A stretch of DNA of 64,000 nt from a bacterium. GTDB taxonomy: Bacteria; UBA8248. Shown piece after piece: positions 28,607-37,637 of the stretch. Location of the stretch: the NCBI GenBank assembly GCA_965221165.1, contig CBDCRP010000003.1:1056001-1120000 (forward strand), read 5' to 3'. The notes under the pieces were generated by a model. The model was not told the DNA's origin. It did no database searches and worked only from the letters and a program-made list of their open reading frames with translations. Positions within the stretch are counted from its first letter, which is position 1, and each line of letters opens with the position of its first letter. A program made the translations under genes and the position numbers.

Positions 28607-29347
28607 TTGACTTACATTGCCTATCTTGACGAATTTGGACATATCGGGCCTTACATCAGTCGGAGCCATCCGACTCACAATGACAGTCCCGTGTTCGGCC
28701 TTGCCGGCTTTCTTCTTCCAACCGATGAAGTGCGTAGGTTCGGGACGTGGTTTTTCCAGCGCAAATGCGAACTGCTCGATTTCGAGATTAAGCGGTCGGG
28801 TGAAAATCCTGCCCGGTGGGAGAAAAAGGGAGCCAGTCTTTATACGGTAACCAACGTCACCAGGTATCTTGAACTACGAAAATTCACTAATCGCCTGTTC
28901 AACAGGATCACAAATCTCGGCGGTTTCGTGTTCTATGTAGGAGTAAAGAAGAGCGCCTGTCCTGATCACCACAAGCCAAATCAACTCTACGAACGGATTC
29001 TTCTTGAGGCAATCAAGCGGATCGATGGGTTCTGCGCTGAAGATTGCAAACCACCAGATAATTTTCTCTTGGCTCTCGACGAACACGAGCACCGCTCGGC
29101 GTTACTAACCAAAGCGGCGCAAAGCATGTATGGAATTCAGTCGTACCAATGTCTGCTTGAGCAGCCGTTCCATCTGGAGAGCCACCGTTATCAAACCATA
29201 CAGGCTGCCGATTGGATTGCGGGGCTAGTTGGACGAATTGGAGCGATTTGGGCAGATCCAGAAGCCTACCCCGAGAACGAGGTGTTCCGCAGGTATTTTG
29301 AGCATCGCCTTAATCAGGTCAGTCGACGGAGTGGAATCCGGAATTGA
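28607..29347 (+). CDS. DUF3800 family protein
   Basis: N-terminal YLDEFG, central LALDE, C-terminal ESH-x4-IQAADWIAG; AT-richer than neighbours. Confidence 0.85.
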   Translation: MTYIAYLDEFGHIGPYISRSHPTHNDSPVFGLAGFLLPTDEVRRFGTWFFQRKCELLDFEIKRSGENPARWEKKGASLYTVTNVTRYLELRKFTNRLFNRITNLGGFVFYVGVKKSACPDHHKPNQLYERILLEAIKRIDGFCAEDCKPPDNFLLALDEHEHRSALLTKAAQSMYGIQSYQCLLEQPFHLESHRYQTIQAADWIAGLVGRIGAIWADPEAYPENEVFRRYFEHRLNQVSRRSGIRN

Positions 29348-29535
29348 TGGAGCGGTTGGAGATATAGGAAGGCGACTCGCAAATTTGGTTGCTGTGCCCA
29401 CGCCCGATTTTGCAATCATGCAAGTGGGCGATGTTGACGAAATCCCCCTCGGACATGAAAAAGCGTCATGCTGGATATCGCTTGAGGCTAACGGGAATTC
29501 CGCGAAATCTCTTTTGTTGCAACTCGTCTGTTCTG

Positions 29536-29611
29536 TGGTGGGCGGGAGAGGGCTCGAACCTCCGACCTATGCCTTGTAAGGGCACCGCTCTTCCAGCTGA
29601 GCTACCCGCCC
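29536..29611 (-). tRNA. tRNA-Val(TAC)
   Basis: GGGCGGGTAGCTCAGCTGGAAGAGCGGTGCCCTTACAAGGCATAGGTCGGAGGTTCGAGCCCTCTCCCGCCCACCA; 76 nt with encoded CCA. Confidence 0.97.
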
Positions 29612-29697
29612 ATGTTAAAAAGGCGCGAGGAGAATAGCATCTTGAGGGTCCGGCGACCATCCCCCGAGCCGATGAGAATCGCGTTTTACCGGTCCGG

Positions 29698-30819
29698 CTA
29701 AATCTTGAGTTCCCCGTTCTTGGAAAAGAGTTTTCCGTCCACGTAGACCTCGCCCTCATCGCGCAAATCACACACCATGTCCCAGTGCAGGGCGGAATCG
29801 TTCTTGGAGCCACTCTGGGGATAGCCCTTGCCCAGGGCGAGGTGCAGGGTGCCGCCGATCTTCTCGTCGAACAGCGTGTTCTTGGTGAAGCGCTGGATGC
29901 CGCCGTTCAGGCCGAAGGCGAACTCCCCCACCCTTTTAGCACCTTCGTCCATGCCGATCATCGATTTCAAAAACGCCTCGTTCTTCTCCGCCCGGGCCTT
30001 TACGACCTCTCCCTTCACGAATTCGAGTTCCACCGCGTCCACCTCGCGCCCCTGGATGCAGGCGGGAAAGGAATAGCGAATCTTGCCGTCGATTTTATGC
30101 TCCTGCGGCCCGGTGAAAACTTCCCCGTCCGGGAAATTGTTGCGCCCCGAGCAGTTCATGAACGGACGACCCGCGATGCCCACGCGCAAGTCGGTGCCCG
30201 GCGCTCCGATTTCCACCACCTTGCGGCCCTTGAGATAGCGAACCACCCGCGCCTGACGCCCCTCCAGCGCCCGCCAGCGGCGGATGCCGCCTTCTTCATC
30301 CGCGAAACACGCGCCGAAGACGAAATCCTCATATTCCCTGAGACCCATTTCCGCATCCTGGGCGTAGGCCTCGGTGGGGAACAGGGTGAGCGTCCACCGC
30401 AAACCCTTTTCGCCCGTTTTTTCATACCGGGCGGCGCGCTTCATGAAAATCTCCATGATGGGCTGCCTGGCCTTGGAGGTGAGCGCCTGTTTTTTGGGGT
30501 CGGCGCCCGAGAGCCGCCGGGTGTTCGTTTCGGACAAAATGCCGATGACGACATCCACCTTTTCCACTTCAAACCGCCTCAGGGGAGAGAGATGCGACAA
30601 CTGCTCGCGGTTGGCGTACTGATAGAAAATCTCCTCCATCCCCGGCAAAGACACGTCGGTATAGGGAAAGGCGCGACGCCGGACGCATTCGGCGTATAGC
30701 GCGCGGATCAGGGGTGCGGCGGCCGTGCCGCCCCGGATGCCCACGAGATCGCCCCGTTTCACTTTTGAGGAATACCCCGTGATGATCTCCGCCATCCGCT
30801 CCACGCGCACATCTTCCAT
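29698..30819 (-). CDS. Aminopeptidase, M29 (AmpS/AmpT) family
   Basis: NFPDGEVFTGP, GEFAFG, NTLFDEKIGGTLHLALG, SALHWDMV. Confidence 0.95.
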   Translation of the reverse strand: MEDVRVERMAEIITGYSSKVKRGDLVGIRGGTAAAPLIRALYAECVRRRAFPYTDVSLPGMEEIFYQYANREQLSHLSPLRRFEVEKVDVVIGILSETNTRRLSGADPKKQALTSKARQPIMEIFMKRAARYEKTGEKGLRWTLTLFPTEAYAQDAEMGLREYEDFVFGACFADEEGGIRRWRALEGRQARVVRYLKGRKVVEIGAPGTDLRVGIAGRPFMNCSGRNNFPDGEVFTGPQEHKIDGKIRYSFPACIQGREVDAVELEFVKGEVVKARAEKNEAFLKSMIGMDEGAKRVGEFAFGLNGGIQRFTKNTLFDEKIGGTLHLALGKGYPQSGSKNDSALHWDMVCDLRDEGEVYVDGKLFSKNGELKI

Positions 30820-31012
30820 CGTTCACCTCCCGTAATGATTTGTTCCGGTAATCGTGTAGACGGCAACCCACGGCCCATCCCGAGCGATGCGAGAGGGGCG
30901 CGATAATTCGACTCCTTTGCCATGATACAACAAAACGGGGGCGCGATTCAGCAGGAGGCGGGGACATGGTATTTTGATGGGGGGGAGCGTATACGATGAG
31001 CCACCCTCGCCC

Positions 31013-31218
31013 GTCATTCCGGCGAATGCCGGAATCCAGAGAATTTATCTTTTCGCCGTTTTTTTTCGCCTGCGTTCTCGCTAATTGGAGAGGAAATGAA
31101 ACGCCGTAATACCTTCACCCTCCGCGGTTCTGGATTCCGCATGCAAGCCTGCGGAATGACGATCAAAAGCGAAAGGCGGGCGGACACGGGGGCGGCAGAC
31201 ATATATGCCCGATCCTAC
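31013..31218. repeat. GTCATTCC/GGAATGAC palindromic REP pair plus GTAG-type half
   Basis: GTCATTCCGGCGAATGCCGGAATCCAG...CTGGATTCCGCATGCAAGCCTGCGGAATGAC; GGCAGACATATATG...CCTAC. Confidence 0.75.
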
Positions 31219-31638
31219 GAACCCCTCGCAATCCCCCCTTCCCTGGTCGGGACCCGTCACGCCGCGCCAGAGGCGCATTTGCCCGCATTTGCGGTGGGGG
31301 GATGAAAAGAGAGAGCGGGTATGGTGGCGGAGCCCGGCGGTTCGCTTAGGACGGGGGGAATTTCGATAAATAAGTGAAAAATCACGAAAAATTCTGAAAA
31401 TATCTGAAAATTAAAGTCATTGATAATAAACGTATTAGGCGGTTTTTTCGCCATATACGGCGATAGGGGCCCGTTCGCATCGCCATCATCTGTTTCTCGC
31501 GCCGATATCCGGTGGAAACAAAATAAATCGCATCATTTTTACACCGTGTCCGGCCATCATTTTCATAGCGAGGCGGCCCGGTTTGGTGATATAATGGCGG
31601 CGCAGGTTCCCGGGGTGTCCCACACAGAGGAAGACGCA

Positions 31639-32280
31639 ATGCCCAGACGCAACAAGGTGCGGAAATTCAAGCCCTACCTCATGCGCTACCTCCATTCGGA
31701 GGACCCGAACTTCGAGCCCGTTCTCCATGACCTGCTCGAACACGAGCACGAAGTGTACGACGAGAGCACCGTCGGAGAAGGCGCGGACATGACGCGCGGA
31801 GAGAGGCTTCCCCATATGTGGCACGTCGTTTTCACCGAACTGACCGACATTCTCACCCCGTTCCACATCGAACAGCTATTCGAGCGCCTGGAGAAGGATT
31901 TTGCCGCCACATGCCGGACCCTGCGCGAGATGTCCGACCCGCAGCCGATGGAAAAGGAGCCCGAGTTCAGGCACTACCTCATGCGCTATCTCAATTCGAA
32001 CGACCCGAACTACGAGCCCGTCCTTCGGGATTTGCTCGAACATGAGCACAAGGTGTACGACGCCATCACGGCGAACGAGGAGGTTGATTTCCGGCGCGGC
32101 GAGCGCGGAACGCGTACATGGCACGCAGTGTACAGCGAACTCTCGAAACTCATTGCGCCCGAGCAAATCAGAGAGCTTTTCGATAAGCTGGAGAAGGATT
32201 TTTCAGCCACCTGCCGGCTTTTCCACGAGATGGCCGAATCGGAAAAACTCATGCAGGAAGAAGAAGGCGGACCCGGCTAG
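31639..32280 (+). CDS. Hypothetical protein made of two 89-aa tandem domains
   Basis: RBS GAGGA; duplicated YLMRYL..DPN.EPVL.DLLEHEH.VYD...RGER...WH...LEKDF.ATCR. Confidence 0.85.
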   Translation: MPRRNKVRKFKPYLMRYLHSEDPNFEPVLHDLLEHEHEVYDESTVGEGADMTRGERLPHMWHVVFTELTDILTPFHIEQLFERLEKDFAATCRTLREMSDPQPMEKEPEFRHYLMRYLNSNDPNYEPVLRDLLEHEHKVYDAITANEEVDFRRGERGTRTWHAVYSELSKLIAPEQIRELFDKLEKDFSATCRLFHEMAESEKLMQEEEGGPG

Positions 32281-32414
32281 GCTTAGGGTTTGCGCCTTTG
32301 ATCCTCTTGCCACTCTTGGCCGCAATCCTTACAATCCAAGGCTCATCAAGTCCAAAAAAAATCGAACACATCATGAAACCCAAGGTTTGCAGCTTATCGA
32401 GAGGGGATTCCCGC

Positions 32415-32801
32415 ATGGCCAAATACTCATACGACCACCTTCACTTCAGGAGCGAAGACCCGCACGCCGCCCGCGACTTCTGGACCAACATGTTCGGCGC
32501 CACCGTCGTGCAGGAACGGGAGTTGGGCGGCGCCCCGTCCTTCAACATGGACTTGAACGGCATGGTGTTCCTCGTCTCGGGCAGGGCGAAGGGAGAAGAC
32601 CCGGTGCGGACGGGCTCCGATCCCCGGTACGGGCTGGATCATTTCGGGCTTTTGGTCGACGACATGGACGAGGCGCAAAAAGAGCTGACCGAAAAGGGCG
32701 CCGAATGGATTTGCGAGCCCTGGGAGATACGCCCGGGGGTGAAAATCGCCTTCATCAAGGGGCCTGATAACATCAGCATCGAGATGGCCCAGCGCGGCTG
32801 A
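32415..32801 (+). CDS. VOC/glyoxalase family protein
   Basis: YDHLH, GLDHFGLLVDD, AFIKGPDNISIE. Confidence 0.92.
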   Translation: MAKYSYDHLHFRSEDPHAARDFWTNMFGATVVQERELGGAPSFNMDLNGMVFLVSGRAKGEDPVRTGSDPRYGLDHFGLLVDDMDEAQKELTEKGAEWICEPWEIRPGVKIAFIKGPDNISIEMAQRG

Positions 32802-32995
32802 TTGCGTGCGTCCGCCTACCCCGGTAGGACATATCCGCGAGGGCGCCGTGTCACCAAGCCTTTGTTCCTCTCCTCTCTCGCGGCAGGGGCTAGCCGCCTC
32901 GTGGGGATAACGCGTGAGTTTCTGGCGCTGGAATCTTCTTGAACCGAAGTGATATTCTTTACAGAGAAATTTGCCCCGCCGCCGGGAATCTCGCC

Positions 32996-33682
32996 ATGAA
33001 AAAGTGGAACAGACGAGAATTGCTGAAAAACTCCCTGCTCGGCCTGAGCGCGCTGGGAACAGGCGCCTTCGCGCTTCAGGATACCCTGTCGCCCACGCCC
33101 GCATATGGGGAATTGGGAGAATTCGGGGACTTTCTGCTCGCGCAAGGCGAAAAGCTGGATGAGGCGCCACCCGATGCGCGAAAACCGACCGCCCCTGACG
33201 CCATGGGACCCTTTTACAAACAAGGGGCTCCTTTCCGCGGGTTTTTGATGCCGAGGGATGCGCTTGGCACGCCCATGATCATCCGCGGCCACGTCTATGG
33301 ACATGACACCCAAAAAACGCTCGAGGGCGCGACAATCGACGTATGGCAGGCGGATACGAACGGGCGCTACCACGGTATGGATGAGAAGGATAATTTTCTC
33401 TACCGAGCGCGTATGCGCACGTCACGACGAGGCCTTTATCAGTTCGAAACCATTCACCCGGGGCGTTATAGCGTTGGCTCCGGGCTGAGGCCATCCCACA
33501 TTCATTTTTATATCCGCCACCCTGATTACCAGCCGTTGGTGACGCAACTATATTTTCAAGGCGACCCGAGATTGAGCGATCATGAGCGCTCAAGACCCTC
33601 TCTGATCATTCCCCTCCAGAAAATTCCTTTGGGGAAAAGGTATGAACTGGGGCATTTCAACATCGTTTTAGTGAGGATGTGA
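32996..33682 (+). CDS. Tat-signal intradiol ring-cleavage dioxygenase-like protein
   Basis: NRRELLK; GPFY, IDVWQADTNGRY, ETIHPGRY, RPSHIHF, LVTQLYF. Confidence 0.88.
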   Translation: MKKWNRRELLKNSLLGLSALGTGAFALQDTLSPTPAYGELGEFGDFLLAQGEKLDEAPPDARKPTAPDAMGPFYKQGAPFRGFLMPRDALGTPMIIRGHVYGHDTQKTLEGATIDVWQADTNGRYHGMDEKDNFLYRARMRTSRRGLYQFETIHPGRYSVGSGLRPSHIHFYIRHPDYQPLVTQLYFQGDPRLSDHERSRPSLIIPLQKIPLGKRYELGHFNIVLVRM

Positions 33683-33734
33683 GCGAGTCTACACGTCTCC
33701 CGTATGAATCGAAGAAACCCGAAAGACCCGCTAC

Positions 33735-35051
33735 TCAGCCATAGAGTGCCGTTTGAATTTGTTCACGCATTTTATCGGGCGCCATTCCAAAAGCGAGGAG
33801 CAAATCCCCCGCTTCCTGGATAACCCGGTCGATATCTTCATAAATCTTGTACGTCTTGGTGTAATCCGGATATTCAAACCCCATGGCCTGGCCGAGAATC
33901 GTCATGAAATTCTCGATTTCAAAGGACTCATTTTTTTCCAGACCACATAGCTCACGATGGCAACTATGATAAACAGTGAGCAGGGAGTCCACCCGGGCGC
34001 TACGCGCGGAGTCGAAAAGTTTCTCCCGCATCGCCTCTTTCGCCTCGGGAATGAGAAGCGTGGGGCATTGGTAGCCATGATCTGATAGCTGCTCAATTTC
34101 CATGAACTCGAGGCCAGGTACCTCCTGGAGGATTTTTATGACGTTTTCCTCAACGCCATCAGTCCCTCCATGAAGATGTACAGCCACACGCTTATCTACT
34201 TTTTGCGTAAATTTTTCTCGCAACAAATCCAAATTATCCACCAGATACTGCGTGATGTGGACAAACGGTAAAATTTCGTCCTCGTTCAATTTCATATCAC
34301 TCACCATGGGGATAACCGGTTTGCCGGTATACAAGTGTTGATATTCGGAGTATTGCATCTGACAAGTGGGGCAAAATGTAATGACTTTCTCAGGCGCGTA
34401 TGATTTGAAATGCGCGAGCGAACGTGCGCCCATCTCTGCCCCTGTCTCCAGATCTCCGCGTCTGATGTGGTTGATGCCGCAACAGTGGCCCACGCCGCCG
34501 GCCACCTCATAGTCCAACCCGAGTCGATCGAAAACATCTATACAAGAGAGGAGGATATGGGGTGTCTGAAGAATGTTGCAGCCAAAATAAAACACCGCAT
34601 CCACTTTATTTTTCTCGGCTCCCCGGACGGCGGTGAGATTTCTGAAGTGCTCAGGTTCCAATTGCAAGGCGGCCATGAAGCGTATCTTGCGGCTCATGTC
34701 TTGAAAATAAGACTGGCCGGCCTCTTGAATTTCCGCTTCTTCTAATTCGATATTTTGAAGCTTGAGCTTGGCGTAGGAGAGCATTTCACGGGGATTGACA
34801 TCCTCTGGACAAGCCTCAATGCAAATTCCGCTTTTTTGACAGGCTTTGGCCCAAAGTGCCCCCTCTCGTTCATGGGGACGATCGTTGATGATGTCGACAA
34901 CGGATCTTGTGACTCGTTCTGGTTCCGCACCTTCAGCTTCTGAATACGAAACCATCGGGCAGACTTCGTAACACTTTCCGCAATGCGTACAGGCTTCCGT
35001 GATATGGGTGATTCTTTCTTCCATAAAACTTTGGTAGGCAGTAGCTTCCAT
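33735..35051 (-). CDS. Fe-S oxidoreductase with 4Fe-4S motifs and CCG-type domain
   Basis: CTHCGKCYEVCP, CQKSGICIEACP, YFGCN, HCCG, FCPTC, YHSCHREL. Confidence 0.88.
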   Translation of the reverse strand: MEATAYQSFMEERITHITEACTHCGKCYEVCPMVSYSEAEGAEPERVTRSVVDIINDRPHEREGALWAKACQKSGICIEACPEDVNPREMLSYAKLKLQNIELEEAEIQEAGQSYFQDMSRKIRFMAALQLEPEHFRNLTAVRGAEKNKVDAVFYFGCNILQTPHILLSCIDVFDRLGLDYEVAGGVGHCCGINHIRRGDLETGAEMGARSLAHFKSYAPEKVITFCPTCQMQYSEYQHLYTGKPVIPMVSDMKLNEDEILPFVHITQYLVDNLDLLREKFTQKVDKRVAVHLHGGTDGVEENVIKILQEVPGLEFMEIEQLSDHGYQCPTLLIPEAKEAMREKLFDSARSARVDSLLTVYHSCHRELCGLEKNESFEIENFMTILGQAMGFEYPDYTKTYKIYEDIDRVIQEAGDLLLAFGMAPDKMREQIQTALYG

Positions 35052-35328
35052 GATACTCCTTCATGAAGATGGGGAGAAAATTCTATGAGAAGTACCTGGA
35101 GCGGTCAATTAGCAAATCATGTTTTAATGCGGAATTTCTAAGACATTGCGCTGATATGAGTGGGTGTCTCATCTCAAGAGTTTTGACCAAGTTCTCTCAA
35201 TGTGTTAGTTAAAAGCCAGTTTTCCTGACTGCTGAAGTGACGGAAAACCCTCATGGAAATGGTCTCATCCCCGCATCCGCACAAACATGAGTCGCCTTGA
35301 ACAGAAGGCTTCGAGGAGGTTTTGTGAA

Positions 35329-36840
35329 ATGCCGAATGCTACAGAGAAATACGATGTCGTCGTCGTGGGCTGCGGCAACGCCGCTCTTTGCGCATCGCTC
35401 GCGGCGCGAGACCAGGGGGCGGATAGGGTATTAGTACTCGAAAAAGCACCCGAAGCATGGCGTGGAGGCAATTCGGCTTTTTCGGGAGGACTTTTCCGCT
35501 TCGCCTTTAACAGCATCGAAGACATCTATTCACTCGTACCGGATCTTTCCGACGCAGAGAAAGAAAACATCGAGATTGACCCCTATACATCGGAAAAATT
35601 CTTTGACGACCTCGCTTTATTGACTGAATATCAGACGGACGGCGACCTCTCCTCTGTTCTCATCCACCAGTCGTTCCCGACCCTGAAATGGATGCAATCC
35701 AAGGGCCTGCGACTTATCCTTGCAAGCGGCCGACAAGCCTTCAAAGTAGATGGCAAGATGCGCTTCTGGGGAGGTCTTGTTCTCGAAATCGTCGGTGGCG
35801 GGCGTGGCCTGATCGATTCACTTCTCGATGCCGCGAATACGGCTGGAGTCGAGATTCGCTATGCATCAAAGGCAATGCGTCTTCTCACGGACCCGATGGG
35901 TGGCGTGACGGGAGTTGAAGTAAAAGGACCTGATGGGCCTTATGAAGTCGATGCCCACGGGGTGGTTCTGGCATCGGGCGGTTTCGAGGCAAACTCCGAG
36001 ATGCGTTGCCGCTACCTGGGACCAGGCTGGGAACTCGCAAAAGTACGCGGCACCCCCTACAACACGGGCGACGGCATCAAGATGGCGCTCGATATTGGTG
36101 CCCAGCCTTATGGCAATTGGAGCGGTTGTCACGCCGTCGCCTGGGATTTGAACGCCCCGCCCTTCGGTGACCTCACTGTAGGAGAGTCCTACCAAAAACA
36201 CTCCTATCCGTTCGGTATCATCGTGAACATCGAGGGCAAACGCTTCGTCGATGAGGGGGCCGATTTCAGAAATTATACCTATGCCAAATATGGTCGGAAC
36301 ATCCTGCAGCAGCCTCAACGGGTCGCTTTTCAGATATTCGATCAGAAAACGGTTCACATGCTGCGTGACGAGTATCGTATCCGCGAAGTCACCAAAGCCG
36401 AGGCCAACACGCTGGAAGAACTTGCCCAACAACTCGAGATTGATGTCGATGCGTTCGTCAAAACCGTTCAGGAGTATAACGCCGCCATTCAGCCCGGGGA
36501 ATACAATCCGACAATAAAAGACGGGAAATGCACTGAGGGTATAGACCCCCCAAAATCGAACTGGGCGCTTCCCATCGATGAACCACCCTACCTCGGTTTC
36601 GCGGTCACTACGGGCATTACATTCACCTTCGGCGGCATCCGCGTGACACCTAAAGCAGAAGTCATGAACACCGAAAACGAGATCATCCCCGGACTGTTCG
36701 CTGCGGGCGAACTCGTGGGCGGCGTCTACTATTTCAATTACCCGGGAGGTGCGGGACTGACCCTAGGTTCGGTCTACGGACGACTAGCCGGCACCGCAGC
36801 GGGGCAGCGCGCTGTCAAAGTGAATTCGACCTCAGCGTAA
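35329..36840 (+). CDS. tcuA: FAD-dependent tricarballylate dehydrogenase TcuA-like flavoprotein
   Basis: VVGCGNAALCA, RGGNS, GGFEAN, AKVRGT, WSGCHAVAWD, FNYPGGAGL. Confidence 0.85.
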   Translation: MPNATEKYDVVVVGCGNAALCASLAARDQGADRVLVLEKAPEAWRGGNSAFSGGLFRFAFNSIEDIYSLVPDLSDAEKENIEIDPYTSEKFFDDLALLTEYQTDGDLSSVLIHQSFPTLKWMQSKGLRLILASGRQAFKVDGKMRFWGGLVLEIVGGGRGLIDSLLDAANTAGVEIRYASKAMRLLTDPMGGVTGVEVKGPDGPYEVDAHGVVLASGGFEANSEMRCRYLGPGWELAKVRGTPYNTGDGIKMALDIGAQPYGNWSGCHAVAWDLNAPPFGDLTVGESYQKHSYPFGIIVNIEGKRFVDEGADFRNYTYAKYGRNILQQPQRVAFQIFDQKTVHMLRDEYRIREVTKAEANTLEELAQQLEIDVDAFVKTVQEYNAAIQPGEYNPTIKDGKCTEGIDPPKSNWALPIDEPPYLGFAVTTGITFTFGGIRVTPKAEVMNTENEIIPGLFAAGELVGGVYYFNYPGGAGLTLGSVYGRLAGTAAGQRAVKVNSTSA

Positions 36841-36965
36841 ATTCCCATTTTCAGGACAACGGAGAAACCGGGTCGAGACGGATGCACCGAGAATAAATTT
36901 GTGTTTTTGGCGCTCGAGAACCTCAGCGGCGATGCTCCGCTTCCAAAATCATGGAATTATGCGTT

Positions 36966-37544
36966 TTATTCTGTAATGCCGCTCACAGAGATCGATTCAC
37001 CATTCAAGCTCAGAGTGCTTTTCAGCGGAACGGCGGCCGTCACCATTTGTTCGGCAAAGCATCCTTGCTTCGCATTCTTGATGACCGCCAATATCTTCTC
37101 CGCCGTTTCATCGGATTCCACTTCAAAGTGCGTACGCACCTCGCTACAGCCGGAATTTACCGTGCCCCTGAGGACAGAACCCTTTAAAAAGTAATCGAAA
37201 TCCACATGCACCTTGGCGTGTGTGAAGGACACTTTCATCATATGCGCGTACCGCGCAAGCTGGGTGAGGAGTCAGAATCCCACCCCCATGGCAATGTAGC
37301 AAAGCGGTTGAGGGTAGGAATCCTCCCCGCCGATGCGGGGCGGCTCATCGCAATACACCTCGAAATGTCTGTGCGTCCCCAGTTTGAGTTGGCCTTTTCC
37401 CTCTATCGTTTCAGTGTCGGCGGACATAGTGAAAGCATAGCCTTGCGTGGGGAGTTCGGGCTTATCTATCGCACGCTCACCTGGAGTGGCACTGTCTTTA
37501 CGCGGATCGAGAGGTTCCACTTGTTTTGTCTCCTTGGGTGTCAT
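36966..37544 (-). CDS. OsmC/Ohr-like protein, probable selenoprotein (UGA 37272-37274); start uncertain
   Basis: Two track ORFs share one frame: CDEPPRIGGEDSYPQPLCYIAMGVGF-U-LLTQLARYAHMMK...AKQGCFAEQ. Confidence 0.88.
37243..37257 (-). promoter_or_regulatory. Candidate bacterial SECIS hairpin (OsmC-like)
   Basis: UGCGCG-GUA-CGCGCA starting 14 nt after the UGA. Confidence 0.7.
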
Positions 37545-37637
37545 AAGAATGCAGAAGAAAAACGCTATTATGCACGCAAGGGCGGTGTAAGAGAACCGCT
37601 GGGGCACTCGTTTTTTTGCATGTAAAGGAGTTGTTTT

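Noticed and set aside
31370-31600. Riboswitch or ncRNA in the AT-rich region upstream of the tandem-domain gene
   Set aside because: No convincing stems or known aptamer motif; looks like an ordinary promoter region
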